This document shows positions 10,356 through 19,700 of a DNA stretch of 64,000 nucleotides, piece by piece; positions within the stretch are counted from its first letter, which is position 1; every line of letters starts with the position of its first letter. A model generated the notes under the pieces. It made no database searches. It saw only the letters and a list, made by a program, of their open reading frames with translations, and was not told where the DNA came from. The stretch is from IMG/VR virus record IMGVR_UViG_3300004093_000014. One strand, given 5' to 3'. Origin of the DNA: an uncultured virus (IMG/VR IMGVR_UViG_3300004093_000014). Taxonomy: Duplodnaviria > Heunggongvirae > Uroviricota > Caudoviricetes. The position numbers and the translations under genes are program-made.

Positions 10356-10483
10356 GGCTCGGCCGTCCTGAGGCGACTGGATCGGCCATGGAACAGTCCC
10401 GTTACGCTGCGGCGTCGGCGGGACTGGAGGTGGCCTCGGCGCGATCGGCCTGATCAGACACGCGGCACGACGTAGCGCCGGCG

Positions 10484-10726
10484 CTACGACATCGTCTCGG
10501 CCTCGTCGTCGCCGCCGGTTGCCCCGACCGTGGGCCCCGGCCGATACGCGTCGAGGGTCGCGTAGGCATCCGTGCCGGTGAGCCCCAGCCGTTCCATGTC
10601 GGTCAGGAGCGCCAGGATGTCGGCGTCGACCGGCTCGCCGGCTTCCTTGCGCTCGATCAGGGTGTTGACCAACTCCTGGTCGCTGATCGACGTCGCGCTG
10701 GGTTCGTTCGGATCGGTGAAGGCCAT
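10484..10726 (-). CDS. Small acidic hypothetical protein
   Basis: 80-aa ORF with plausible codon usage. Confidence 0.55.
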   Translation of the reverse strand: MAFTDPNEPSATSISDQELVNTLIERKEAGEPVDADILALLTDMERLGLTGTDAYATLDAYRPGPTVGATGGDDEAETMS

Positions 10727-10866
10727 GACCGGTCTCTCGCAGGGTGGATCCGGGATCTAGGTCGCGCCCGGCGCCCGGCCACACGCGTCTGAGGGTGGGG
10801 CTGCGGGGCGGCGGCGCCGCCGATGTCGGTGCGGCCGAACGCGGTGGCAAGGAGATGCCGCACCCG

Positions 10867-11112
10867 TCACATCGTCGGACGCGACGCCGGGCTTGGCTCA
10901 CGGTGCAAGACCTCGTGCTGCCAAGTGGGGTGGCGCGCGTCCAATCCGACGTGCTGGCCGACGTACAGGGTCGCCAGCAAGCCGAGCAGCAGAAGCAGGC
11001 CGATGGTCACGGCGTCCGGATGCCTGCGCGCGCTGTGGATGCTGAGGCAGCCCAGCGTGAAGACGGCCGCGAGGACCAAGGGTCCGAGCATGTCGCCCGA
11101 CATCGGGATCAC
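10867..11112 (-). CDS. Small 2-TM hypothetical protein
   Basis: Two hydrophobic segments. Confidence 0.5.
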   Translation of the reverse strand: MIPMSGDMLGPLVLAAVFTLGCLSIHSARRHPDAVTIGLLLLLGLLATLYVGQHVGLDARHPTWQHEVLHREPSPASRPTM

Positions 11113-11453
11113 CGTCGTGGCTGTCGTCGTCGCTCAGCGCGCCGCCTCCGAGCGGCAAGGCTGCCCGACAGAGACGTTCGAGCGGGCCCGAAGCATCCCG
11201 AACTCCATCGATACCATCGCGCGTCGGATCCGGCGGCGACGGGCGAGGAACGATCCGCGACGCCGCCTCGACGGGCGCCGTCCTGCAGCCGCCGCAATCG
11301 GCCCCGCCGCCGGCCTCTCTGCCTCGCGCCAGTCGAGCACAGCGCGCCGCGCGTATTGCCGAATGCCGGAACGGCAACGCTGTTCCCGGCCTCAGAGCCC
11401 GCCGCAGGCCGGGATGCCGAAAACTGAGTCAGATCAAGATGTTGGTAAGTGGA

Positions 11454-11468
11454 TGGCTCCCCGAGCAG
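11454..11468 (-). other. Prophage att core: duplicated tRNA 3' end (probably tRNA-Asn)
   Basis: Minus strand CTGCTCGGGGAGCCA resembles the T-stem/acceptor/CCA end of alphaproteobacterial tRNA-Asn; no rest of a tRNA upstream; lies at the host-to-phage transition. Confidence 0.7.
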
Positions 11469-11577
11469 TTATCCGATTTGCCTGCCACAGCAAGACTTTA
11501 GGTGCCGCACCTAGGCCAAGACCGGCATTTGAGACTCTTGCGCTTTTTTCGATGGGCGCCGCACCTCGGAGGGCCTT

Positions 11578-12063
11578 TTGATGCGCGTCCTTGTCTGTGG
11601 CGGTCGCTACTACGGCATGATCCCAAAGGGTACGCCTCGGCACACCCCCCAATGGCGGATCGCGGCTCAGCAAGCCGAGGAGGAGCGCGCGTTCATGTTC
11701 GCCGCCCTTGCGAAGTTCGACAGCCTGCACGGCATCCAGCTCGTGATCCACGGCGCAGCGTCTGGGGCCGATGGCATGGCCGCTGAATGGGCGGCCGATA
11801 ACGGCATTGAGGTACGGGCTTTCCCGGCTGACTGGCAGGACGTCAGCCAGCCGGACGCCCGGATCAAGACGCTGCCGGGCGGCCGCCGTTACGACGCCAA
11901 TGCCGGTCCGCGTCGGAACCGTCGCATGCTGCGCGAGGGGCAGCCCGACGTCGTGATCGCGTTCAAGGGCGGAAAAGGCACCGCCGACATGATCGAGGCT
12001 GCGGCAGAAGCCGGCGTCGAAGTGCTGGCGCCCGAGAAGGTCGTCTACCTGACCGCGCCCTAA
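11578..12063 (+). CDS. SLOG-family (YspA-related, DUF2493-like) protein
   Basis: RVLVCGGR, VIHGAASGAD, FPADW, AGPRRNRRML, AFKGGKGTADM. Confidence 0.85.
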   Translation: MMRVLVCGGRYYGMIPKGTPRHTPQWRIAAQQAEEERAFMFAALAKFDSLHGIQLVIHGAASGADGMAAEWAADNGIEVRAFPADWQDVSQPDARIKTLPGGRRYDANAGPRRNRRMLREGQPDVVIAFKGGKGTADMIEAAAEAGVEVLAPEKVVYLTAP

Positions 12064-12116
12064 TCCCCCTCCCCGTCTGGATCTCTTGGATTGAGGTTTG
12101 TGTGGGGAGGGAGGGG

Positions 12117-12488
12117 TTAGTCGGGTTTGGGGTTAGGCTTTGTGCGCTTCCGTTGAGGCTCAATGACCAGCCCGCTATCGGCTTCTGCTGCCTTCCGCCT
12201 CGCAGCGGTGGCCTCGGCATCATCCACCGAGAAGTAGACGGTGACCCCGCCGCCGAGCGGGATGGAACTGGCCGCCATTTGCCGGAAGCCCTCGGCGAGC
12301 TTCCCGGCCTGATCGCGGTCCAGCGATAGGTGATCGGTCAGACGCGGGCCTTCAAACGACCCGTAGAGCCGGTCCACGATCTCGGCATTCATGGACCGAG
12401 CGCCATGCGCGACGGCGTCCTGAAGCTGCTCGTAGAGATCCGGCGGCATCCGAACCGTCAGCCGCACCCAGTCGTCTTGCTTCGCCAT
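12117..12488 (-). CDS. Arc/Mnt-like ribbon-helix-helix repressor
   Basis: RLTVRMPPDLYEQL...RSMNAEIVDRL. Confidence 0.85.
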   Translation of the reverse strand: MAKQDDWVRLTVRMPPDLYEQLQDAVAHGARSMNAEIVDRLYGSFEGPRLTDHLSLDRDQAGKLAEGFRQMAASSIPLGGGVTVYFSVDDAEATAARRKAAEADSGLVIEPQRKRTKPNPKPD

Positions 12489-12499
12489 GCGTGCGCTAT

Positions 12500-12569
12500 G
12501 CACCAAATCAGTGCGCGCGTCTTGACATCAAAATGGTGCGAGCCGATATTCGTGACGTCAAATTGGTGC
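12500..12569. promoter_or_regulatory. Divergent promoter with three 15-bp operator-like boxes
   Basis: GCACCAAATCAGTGC (12500), ACATCAAAATGGTGC (12525), ACGTCAAATTGGTGC (12555); TTGACA-N17-GATATT at 12522. Confidence 0.7.
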
Positions 12570-12576
12570 CGGAGCG

Positions 12577-12801
12577 ATGCAGTCAGAAATTCGCATGACC
12601 TTTCGGATGCCCCCTGACGTGGAGGCATTCCTGACGGCCCAGGCCGATCACAATTGCACGTCGAAGAATGCCGAGCTGGTCCGCGCTGTTCGCGAGCGGA
12701 TGCAGAGGGCTCAAGCGACGACGGGGGTGCAGTTTGGCGACCCATCCCCCGCCGCCGCGCACGAAGCCGCCCGCAAGGGCGATCCCGTCACCCACGGCTA
12801 G
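12577..12801 (+). CDS. Arc-like ribbon-helix-helix protein
   Basis: MTFRMPPDV...SKNAELVRAVRERM. Confidence 0.8.
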   Translation: MQSEIRMTFRMPPDVEAFLTAQADHNCTSKNAELVRAVRERMQRAQATTGVQFGDPSPAAAHEAARKGDPVTHG

Positions 12802-12810
12802 GAGCCGCAG

Positions 12811-13692
12811 ATGAGCAACGATATCGCAAAGGCCACGCCGCCGAGCAAGCCTGAGCGGCCGAAGGTCGAGTACCATGGCTTCGCGGTCGGCGGCGTAGAG
12901 TGCGCCGTTCTGCCGGACGGCCGGCGCGGCTACATCTACCGCGGGCTGCGCGAGGCGCTGGGGATCCGTCGCAACATTCCGGTTCCCGCTTTTGACCGTT
13001 TTTGCGCTGAGATTGCGCCTAACGCTTTGGAACGCCTTACCAATTCCGCGTCCCGCTTTGAGGTGACGCTGCCGGGCGGCCAGACGGGCATCTGGATTGA
13101 GGCCGGGATCCTGACGCAGATCGCCAACGGCGTGATCCGGACGGCACTGTCTGGCAAGCTGCGGGCGAACCGCAAGCACATGATTGAGCCGTGCATGGCA
13201 CTGATGGATGCGCTCGGCGAGACTGGCGAGGTTGCGCTGATCGACGAGGCCACTGGCTACCAGTACCACCGCGAGCCAGACGCCCTACAGGATCTTTTCG
13301 CCCGCCTCATCAGCAACACCGCTGCGGATTGGAAGCGGCGCTTTCATCCTGAGTACTACATGGCGCTCTGCCGACTGTTCGGCTTCACATATGAGGGCAA
13401 GCATCGCCCGCTGCCCCCAATCATCGGCAAGATCACCGAGCAGCACGTTTATCTGACGGTGTTCCCGAAAGAGATCGTGGAGGAGATCCGCGCGCGGAAG
13501 CAGTCAGAGAAGCTGCACCAGTGGCTGACCGACGGCGAGGGACTTCGCATGCTGGAGAAGCAGCGGGATGCCGTGACAACACTCGCGGCCTCGTCTGTCG
13601 ACTATCGCGATTTTGAGGCCCGCTGCGCGCTGGCGTTCCATAAGCCCGGCCAGCAGCTTTCCATGATCTACCCGCAGGGGAAGGTGGCGTGA
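12811..13692 (+). CDS. P63C-domain antirepressor-like protein
   Basis: CAVLPDGRR, ALIDEATGYQ, WKRRFHPEYY, KLHQWLT. Confidence 0.8.
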   Translation: MSNDIAKATPPSKPERPKVEYHGFAVGGVECAVLPDGRRGYIYRGLREALGIRRNIPVPAFDRFCAEIAPNALERLTNSASRFEVTLPGGQTGIWIEAGILTQIANGVIRTALSGKLRANRKHMIEPCMALMDALGETGEVALIDEATGYQYHREPDALQDLFARLISNTAADWKRRFHPEYYMALCRLFGFTYEGKHRPLPPIIGKITEQHVYLTVFPKEIVEEIRARKQSEKLHQWLTDGEGLRMLEKQRDAVTTLAASSVDYRDFEARCALAFHKPGQQLSMIYPQGKVA

Positions 13693-13871
13693 TGAACGAC
13701 TCTCCCACGCTTGAGCGCCTGCGGACAGCCCGAGGCTTCGTCGCCTACGCCCTGCATGTTCCGTTGCATTGGCTGAGCTTCGCGCTGCTGCCCTGGGCTG
13801 GCGACTGGGTCTACCGACGCGAGAGGCGAGAGGCCCGTGCTTCCATCAAGATGGAGGCTTCGGATGCCTGA
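13689..13871 (+). CDS. Small phage hypothetical protein
   Basis: GTGA overlap with upstream gene. Confidence 0.5.
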   Translation: MMNDSPTLERLRTARGFVAYALHVPLHWLSFALLPWAGDWVYRRERREARASIKMEASDA

Positions 13872-14349
13872 CGCCCTCTCCCTTTCCCGAACAGAGCTTT
13901 AAGAGGAGATCGCTACGGCGATCCGCTTCCTGACCGAGACGTGCCTGTTCGCCAATCGGTTCAACGATGCCGCCCTGATCAACCGGAATGTCCGGAACGG
14001 TGTCGACGCCCTCACCGCCGCGATCCTGTCCCGGCTGGGGGGAGCAGAGGCTACCGAGAAGGAGCTAGCCACGCTGCGCCGCGTCCACCACTGGAACGTG
14101 GAGCACAGCGACGGCGAGGTGCTGGTCTGCCGGAACAACCACGACAAGGGCGACGACTGCGATTGGGAGCGGTTCGTGCCGGAGGAACGGCTGACCGTCG
14201 CCCTCGCCCGCGTGGAGAGGCTGGAGAAGGCGCTGCGCGAGGTCGTCCTACGCAACCGTGCGGCATGGCCGGCAGAGACGCGCGCTGAGCGGATGGAAGA
14301 AGCCGCCCGTTCCGCCCTTTCCGAAGCCCCACCCCAAGGAGAGCAGTGA
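13864..14349 (+). pseudogene. Phage hypothetical gene with in-frame TAA at 13900-13902
   Basis: GGAGG + ATG 13864, stop after 12 codons, same frame then open to 14349. Confidence 0.55.
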
Positions 14350-14540
14350 TGAACATCGAAACCCTTCGCCGCGACCACCTCCGTCGCATGGCCGAGCCGG
14401 ATGACTTGCGCGAGCTGCGCCGACAGGCCGAACGCATCCAAGCCAATCGCGCGCTCGCGGTCCGCCGCTTCGTCTACGACGCCGAGCGTGAGGCCCTTCG
14501 CAAGCAGATCCGCAAGGCTGGGGAGACGCCATGCCGATAG
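14346..14540 (+). CDS. Phage hypothetical protein
   Basis: GGAG RBS, coupled to upstream ORF. Confidence 0.55.
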   Translation: MMNIETLRRDHLRRMAEPDDLRELRRQAERIQANRALAVRRFVYDAEREALRKQIRKAGETPCR

Positions 14541-14595
14541 CCCTCACCGAAGCCGGACGCCTCGCGATTAAGGACGCGTAGAGGAGGAGAGAACG

Positions 14596-15006
14596 ATGGG
14601 CTACAACACGGTCGCCGTGATCCTGAACGACGCCCTCGGCGCGATTGAGGATGACCCGAATATCGGCAAGGGCATCGGCCAGGCCGTCCGAGGCTGGCAC
14701 GGCCGCAGCCGGGATCCGTTCGCAGTGGAGGTCGATGCCCGGTCGGGCCGATGCTGCCATGGTCGCGCCATCGCGATCATCTCGCAGGACCATGCCGACG
14801 GCGAGCAGGTCACCATCGTTCACGGCAACACCGGTTGGACGGCGGATGAGGCCGAGCCGGGCAAGCACACTGCTCTCTCATGGCGCGGCCTCGACCAGAT
14901 GCAACGCTGCCTAGAGCGTCACGGCTACCAGGTTACGAAGCCGAAGAAGGCGAAGGCCGCCGGCCGCGCCGCCCTCTCTGCGGGGGATGGTTCGGATGCC
15001 GGCTGA
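14596..15006 (+). CDS. Phage hypothetical protein
   Basis: GAGGAG RBS; MGYNTVAVILNDAL. Confidence 0.65.
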   Translation: MGYNTVAVILNDALGAIEDDPNIGKGIGQAVRGWHGRSRDPFAVEVDARSGRCCHGRAIAIISQDHADGEQVTIVHGNTGWTADEAEPGKHTALSWRGLDQMQRCLERHGYQVTKPKKAKAAGRAALSAGDGSDAG

Positions 15007-15148
15007 AGTCGCTGTCGTCTGTGCCGTCTTGGCAATCGGCGGCTGGGCCTGCCTTAGGCTCTCTCGCCGAGCCTTTGAGCGGAAGTACGGTCAAGACTGA
15101 CCCGCCCAAGATCTCCGTCTGGCAGCGGGTTGAGAGAAGGGGTGGAGG

Positions 15149-15364
15149 ATGGATTGGTCGACGCCTGAAGTCTGCGAGCGAGAGCGGCTGCCGAACTGCT
15201 CTTGCGCCGCCTGCAAGCCCAACGGATGGTTCGATGGCCGCCTTCGTTCACGGATGATCCTGTGTGCGACCTGCGGCAACAAGCGATGCCCCCACGCGAC
15301 GGATCACCGCTTCGCCTGCACCGGCAGCAACGAGCCGGGGCAGCCGGGATCTGACTACGCTTAG
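15149..15364 (+). CDS. Small Cys-rich (Zn-binding-like) phage protein
   Basis: CSCAAC...CATCGNKRCPHATDHRFACTGSNEPGQPGS. Confidence 0.65.
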   Translation: MDWSTPEVCERERLPNCSCAACKPNGWFDGRLRSRMILCATCGNKRCPHATDHRFACTGSNEPGQPGSDYA

Positions 15365-15407
15365 AGGATCACTTCCCCGCGCGATCCGCCCCGGCTACGT
15401 CTCGGCC

Positions 15408-15680
15408 ATGCCCACCGAACCACCCGCGCCAGTCCGAGGCCGACAGCTCGAAGCCCTCCGGGCCTGCTTGCTCTACCCGCAGGGACTACGCCGCGGCGCC
15501 TATCCCAGCGCCATGGCGGTCTTGCGGAAGCGAGGGCTCGTCGAGTCCCGTTCGGCCCCTGGCCCAGGTCGCCGTGTAGACGCGTGGTTCATCACGCCAG
15601 CCGGCCGAGCGCATCTCCTGGAGATCGATGCGAGCAAGCCGGGTGCTGCGCCGCGGCTTCAGCGCGAGGCAGACCTGTGA
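15408..15680 (+). CDS. Winged-helix-like hypothetical protein
   Basis: LRKRGLVES...WFITPAGRAHL. Confidence 0.5.
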   Translation: MPTEPPAPVRGRQLEALRACLLYPQGLRRGAYPSAMAVLRKRGLVESRSAPGPGRRVDAWFITPAGRAHLLEIDASKPGAAPRLQREADL

Positions 15681-15886
15681 CCGACGAGCAGAAGGCCTAC
15701 CTGCAGGCGCTGGCCGACGTCCGCTCCTGGCACCGCTGGGAACTGGCGCATTGCCTTGGCGAAGTCCGCGCCATGGAGGCCCACGAGAAGGCCATCGCTT
15801 GGCTCGAACTGCTGATCGCCACGAAGAAGCAGCGCGCGGTCGAGGATCAGGCGGAGCGGCGACGCGGCGGCCCGCCGCCCCCTGGG

Positions 15887-16084
15887 CTAGAGCAGGCCGC
15901 CCGCCGAGCCCGCGGTCAGCGACTTGCCGGCGCGCGTCACCAGCTTCGAGAAGGCCAGCGCGGCCGCAGACGCCTGCGCCTCGGACGGGAAGGTCCGGTC
16001 CGATTCCATCACGGTCAGATGCGTCGCGTCGAGCAGCATCCAGGTCCAGAGGTGACGGCCGGTGGATCGGATCTCGAAGTGCAT
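15887..16084 (-). CDS. Small hypothetical protein (YegP/DUF1508-like appearance)
   Basis: FEIRSTG..WTWMLLD....VMES.RTFPSEAQA. Confidence 0.5.
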   Translation of the reverse strand: MHFEIRSTGRHLWTWMLLDATHLTVMESDRTFPSEAQASAAALAFSKLVTRAGKSLTAGSAGGLL

Positions 16085-16224
16085 GGCTGGCTCGGTATGC
16101 GAGTGGACATGCCGACATCTTGCGTCCGGAAAAGGCCTGACGCGTTATTGGCTTGCCCAGCGCAACATCCTGCGCCGGCTCACCTCGGGGTTGCCCCCGA
16201 GATCCTCGCAGATCACAGCCGAGA

Positions 16225-16596
16225 TCAGCCGCGCCCCTTGGCCGCGAACTCCCAGACCGGCGGCCCCCAGGTCTGCCCGGGCTTCGTCCGGTAGCCGGAG
16301 AAGCGGTCGAACACGATCCGATCGGGCTCGACGCCGACCGCCCGGCTGTCGTTGACCATCAGCGCGCCGGCATACTCGACGCGCAGGAAGCCGTGCTCCG
16401 GGTGAACGCCGAACAGCTGCTCCGCAGTCCAGCCGAGCCGGTGGGCCTCGGCGCCGTGCTCGTCGATGAAGGCCAGCGCGTTCGCCCGCATCGCCGCCCA
16501 CCGCGTCGGAGTCAGGTAGCGACACGGCGAGGCGTGCTCGGACAGGCGCTCGATCTGGTCGCGCCAGGAGGCGACGGCAGCGGGGAGGTCAGACAT
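16225..16596 (-). CDS. Phage hypothetical protein
   Basis: NALAFIDEHGAEAHRLGWTAEQLFG; start set to ATG 16596. Confidence 0.55.
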   Translation of the reverse strand: MSDLPAAVASWRDQIERLSEHASPCRYLTPTRWAAMRANALAFIDEHGAEAHRLGWTAEQLFGVHPEHGFLRVEYAGALMVNDSRAVGVEPDRIVFDRFSGYRTKPGQTWGPPVWEFAAKGRG

Positions 16597-16763
16597 GCCG
16601 GCCGGGGTACGGACGAATGGTTGCCGATCGGCTAACTGACAGCCCGCCGCCATGATGCGCCAGGCTAATCCGCGGCTTGCTGCCAACTGCCTACCGCTGG
16701 TGTATGAGGGATGCTGATAGGGCCGAGGCCATCTCAATGGCAGAGGCGGGAGAAGGCGAGGCG

Positions 16764-17040
16764 TATGCCGGCATCGATCTCTGAGTCTGCGATACGGGCA
16801 GCTATGGACAGCTTGCTTGCTCAGGACGCGCCCCAAGCTGCGGTGATCCGGCTCGCCATCTTCTGCTCCAATTGCGTCCCTCAAGATCCATCGAGGCCGT
16901 TTGAGCGCATCAGCGAAATGCTTGAGGCTGGCGTCATCCAGCTCGTCTCAACCGATTTATCGAGGGGGGTTGAATATTATGGCATTACAGAACTTGGTCA
17001 TTGCGTTTTGCAGAATATAAAAAGTCTCACAACTCATTAG
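16764..17040 (+). CDS. Low-GC hypothetical (winged-helix-like) moron
   Basis: EMLEAGVIQ...YYGITELG; AT-rich codons; coordinates approximate. Confidence 0.45.
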
Positions 17041-17148
17041 CTGATTGGCCGAAAACAACTGCGCGATCTCTGCGGCTTGTTGCAGGGATCTTAAGATATT
17101 CGGCCCATCAAGGGCCAAATGGCCCCGGCCAGAGAAGGCGAGTCGACC

Positions 17149-18132
17149 ATGTCAGAAGACATCAGCGATCTCAGAGATGCACTGAGCGACGCGCTTGGCA
17201 AACTTGGGCGTATTGAGCAGGAACTGGCCGAAGTTAAAGAGATTGTTCGGCGGCACGACAAAGGCGCTTATCTGGATTACGGACTGATCTCGAACTATCA
17301 CCTTCATGGAGACATGCCGTCCAAGGAACGGTGGGACAAGATCCGCGCCTTCGAGAATGCAGTCCGTGGGTTGAAGGAGTTTCACAGCTTCGAAGACGTC
17401 GTGATGGTCAAAGTACTGGGCCGGCTCTGGATGCTTTTCTCCGGCTCGGATGGGTATGTCGCCAAACACATCATGGCGCATGGCTACTGGGAACTGTCGT
17501 CGACCGAACTGATCGCGACCGAGGTTCAGCCCGGAATGCGTGTCGTCGATGCCGGGGCAAATATCGGCTATTATTCGGTGTTAATGGGCGACAAGGTAGG
17601 CCCCAACGGCTTCATGTATGTCTTCGAGCCGACACCGAAGTTGATAAAGAACCTCAACGACACTCTCTTCTTAAACGGACTGCATGGCCGCTACAGGCTG
17701 ATCACCGATCCGCTCTGGAGCATCACCGGTGAGAGTGTCCGGTTTGCTATCCCGGTCGAGGACACGAAGAACGCTTCGATTTTGGCAGATGACAACAAGG
17801 AAAATGAGTTCGTTGAGCTCCGCACAATTACGCTCGACGATGCCATTCCTGCCGGTCAGGCCATCGATTTCATGAAGATCGATGTCGAGGGCGCTGAGCA
17901 GAAGATGTGGGACGGCATGGGGCGCGTCCTGCGCGACTCGCCCTCGATCAAGATCTTCCTCGAGTTCAACGCCGGCCGCGATCGTGCCGCTGGCGATCTC
18001 GTAGACAAGATGAAGCGGGACGGCTTCAAACTGGCCTATCTCGACCCGCTGATGGGCAAGGTCAGCATCAACAAGGACCGCCTGCTGACCGAGAACTTCG
18101 GCGAGGACTGGATGCTGATCCTCGAGCGGTGA
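17149..18132 (+). CDS. FkbM-family SAM-dependent methyltransferase (moron)
   Basis: VVDAGANIGYYS, FEP, TITLDD, FMKIDVEGAE; lower GC, opposite to late operon. Confidence 0.9.
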   Translation: MSEDISDLRDALSDALGKLGRIEQELAEVKEIVRRHDKGAYLDYGLISNYHLHGDMPSKERWDKIRAFENAVRGLKEFHSFEDVVMVKVLGRLWMLFSGSDGYVAKHIMAHGYWELSSTELIATEVQPGMRVVDAGANIGYYSVLMGDKVGPNGFMYVFEPTPKLIKNLNDTLFLNGLHGRYRLITDPLWSITGESVRFAIPVEDTKNASILADDNKENEFVELRTITLDDAIPAGQAIDFMKIDVEGAEQKMWDGMGRVLRDSPSIKIFLEFNAGRDRAAGDLVDKMKRDGFKLAYLDPLMGKVSINKDRLLTENFGEDWMLILER

Positions 18133-18153
18133 GCCGCCCGCCAGAAACGACGA

Positions 18154-18183
18154 AGCCCGCCGCGGCGGTGAGCCGGGCGGGCT
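18154..18183. terminator. Hairpin between convergent FkbM gene and late operon
   Basis: AGCCCGCC(G)CGGC-loop-GCCGGGCGGGCT. Confidence 0.55.
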
Positions 18184-18222
18184 GGAATGCTCTCGGAATA
18201 ATTCGGGTCGGTTTGGACAGGA

Positions 18223-18807
18223 TCACCCGTGTCCGCTGGCCGGGTTGCCGATGAGCGCACCTGTTGACCACCAGTCTCCTATCCAGGGGCGCGTGCGCTC
18301 CATCAGCGGGCCGATATCTGGGCGGGTGACGAGCAGCACGGCCACCATGATGGTCGCGATGCCGATACCGATCCCGAGCGCCATCCGATTCCGCCGCGGC
18401 ACGGTGCCATCGACCGCCCCGGGCGCACTGATGTGCAGGATGGCGCCGATAACGGCCAGAAGCACGATCGGCGAAACGACCTCGCTGTTCAGCAGCCACT
18501 GCGACGGCGCCAGCCGGTAGAGGATCGAATAGAGGCTCTGGGCATTGTGCGAGGCGAAGCTGACCCAGATGCCGACGATCAGGAAATCCGACCGCTTGGG
18601 CTTGGGCGCCGTCAGAGCCCGCCATGCGTCGGGCCCGTACACATAGAGGACCGTCGTGTAGAAGCCGACGGCCAACGTGCGCGTCGCCAGGATGAGGTCG
18701 GCGTTCGGGACAAAGGCGTTGATGCACTGGTATCCTGCGAACAGGATCAGCGCCGAGAGGTAGATGGTGCCGCGGATGTGTTCGGACCGGGGATCGTTGT
18801 AGATCAT
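18223..18807 (-). CDS. Multi-TM membrane protein, end of lysis region
   Basis: About five hydrophobic helices. Confidence 0.7.
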   Translation of the reverse strand: MIYNDPRSEHIRGTIYLSALILFAGYQCINAFVPNADLILATRTLAVGFYTTVLYVYGPDAWRALTAPKPKRSDFLIVGIWVSFASHNAQSLYSILYRLAPSQWLLNSEVVSPIVLLAVIGAILHISAPGAVDGTVPRRNRMALGIGIGIATIMVAVLLVTRPDIGPLMERTRPWIGDWWSTGALIGNPASGHG

Positions 18808-18813
18808 CGCTTC

Positions 18814-19119
18814 TCAGTGCCTGCTCTGAGCGCGGTGGTCTGCGCGTTGGGCCATATTCGTCAGGGCCTCCTCGACTGCAGCCCTGACCTCGCTGGTACG
18901 CAGCGGCTGTTCTCGAAGCGCCCTCGCCGCAAGCTGCGACTTCCGCCGTTCCAGTACCGCCTCGCGCCTTGAGAGCCGGGTGGAACGCGCCGCCTCCTCG
19001 CCGGCCTGCTGCAGGCTGGTCTGCGCCGCGATGTTATCGGCCGTGGCTGCGTCGAGCCGTTTGATCTGCTCGGTCGCCGCGTAGGGAAGCCCGAAGAACG
19101 ACATGATGCGCCTCCACAT
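18814..19119 (-). CDS. Hypothetical helical protein (lysis region)
   Basis: Coupled to upstream gene. Confidence 0.6.
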   Translation of the reverse strand: MWRRIMSFFGLPYAATEQIKRLDAATADNIAAQTSLQQAGEEAARSTRLSRREAVLERRKSQLAARALREQPLRTSEVRAAVEEALTNMAQRADHRAQSRH

Positions 19120-19505
19120 CAGGGGCGCCCCCGATCATCGTGATCGCGCTGCCGGCGATCATCCCGGTCGCGGAGCCTTTGCAGCTCATTGGCGACCGCC
19201 TGCATCGTGCTGACGCTGTTGCCGAAGCCGTGCTGCACCTTCTCCACCAGGATCGCGATCTGGTGGCTATTCTCCCCGGATGCCTTGCCGCTCGCGTCGA
19301 TCAGCGCGCGGAGCTCGTTAAGCGCTGTCTGGACGCTTCCGGCCGCTCCCGTGGCCGCATCCAGGCCAGCGATGATCCGCTCGATGTAACCGGTGCTGAG
19401 GGTCTGGTTGTCGCGATAGAGCTTCGCGATCACCAGCATCAGGATCGCGCATAAACCCCAGGGGCCATAGTCCTTGAGGATCCCAGCGAGTTCGATACCT
19501 GTCAC
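19119..19505 (-). CDS. Single-TM coiled-coil protein, holin-like candidate
   Basis: YGPWGLCAILMLVIAKLY followed by heptad-like region. Confidence 0.55.
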   Translation of the reverse strand: MTGIELAGILKDYGPWGLCAILMLVIAKLYRDNQTLSTGYIERIIAGLDAATGAAGSVQTALNELRALIDASGKASGENSHQIAILVEKVQHGFGNSVSTMQAVANELQRLRDRDDRRQRDHDDRGRP

Positions 19506-19508
19506 GGG

Positions 19509-19700
19509 TCACCGTCCTGCGCAGGCCGAGCGCCACGCGGCGTTGAGAGACCGCAGCCGACGGCGGGTCCGCGGGTCGTCCGTGCGCGCGTACTGCACGG
19601 GCGAGGTCATCACCTGGCAGAGCCGGGCGGCCGGGACCGCCGGCGCGGCGAGGTCGCAGTGCAGGATCGCGAGACCGAGGGCGAAGCCGATGCAGGTCAC
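19509..19700 (-). CDS. o-spanin (Rz1)-like protein
   Basis: C...PVQYARTDDPRTRRRLRSLNAAWRSAC; overlaps i-spanin-like gene; lipobox atypical. Confidence 0.5.
   Translation of the reverse strand: MTCIGFALGLAILHCDLAAPAVPAARLCQVMTSPVQYARTDDPRTRRRLRSLNAAWRSACAGR

Noticed and set aside
11400..11530. Complete tRNA gene
   Set aside because: Only 15 nt of the 3' end match; no T-loop, anticodon arm or D arm
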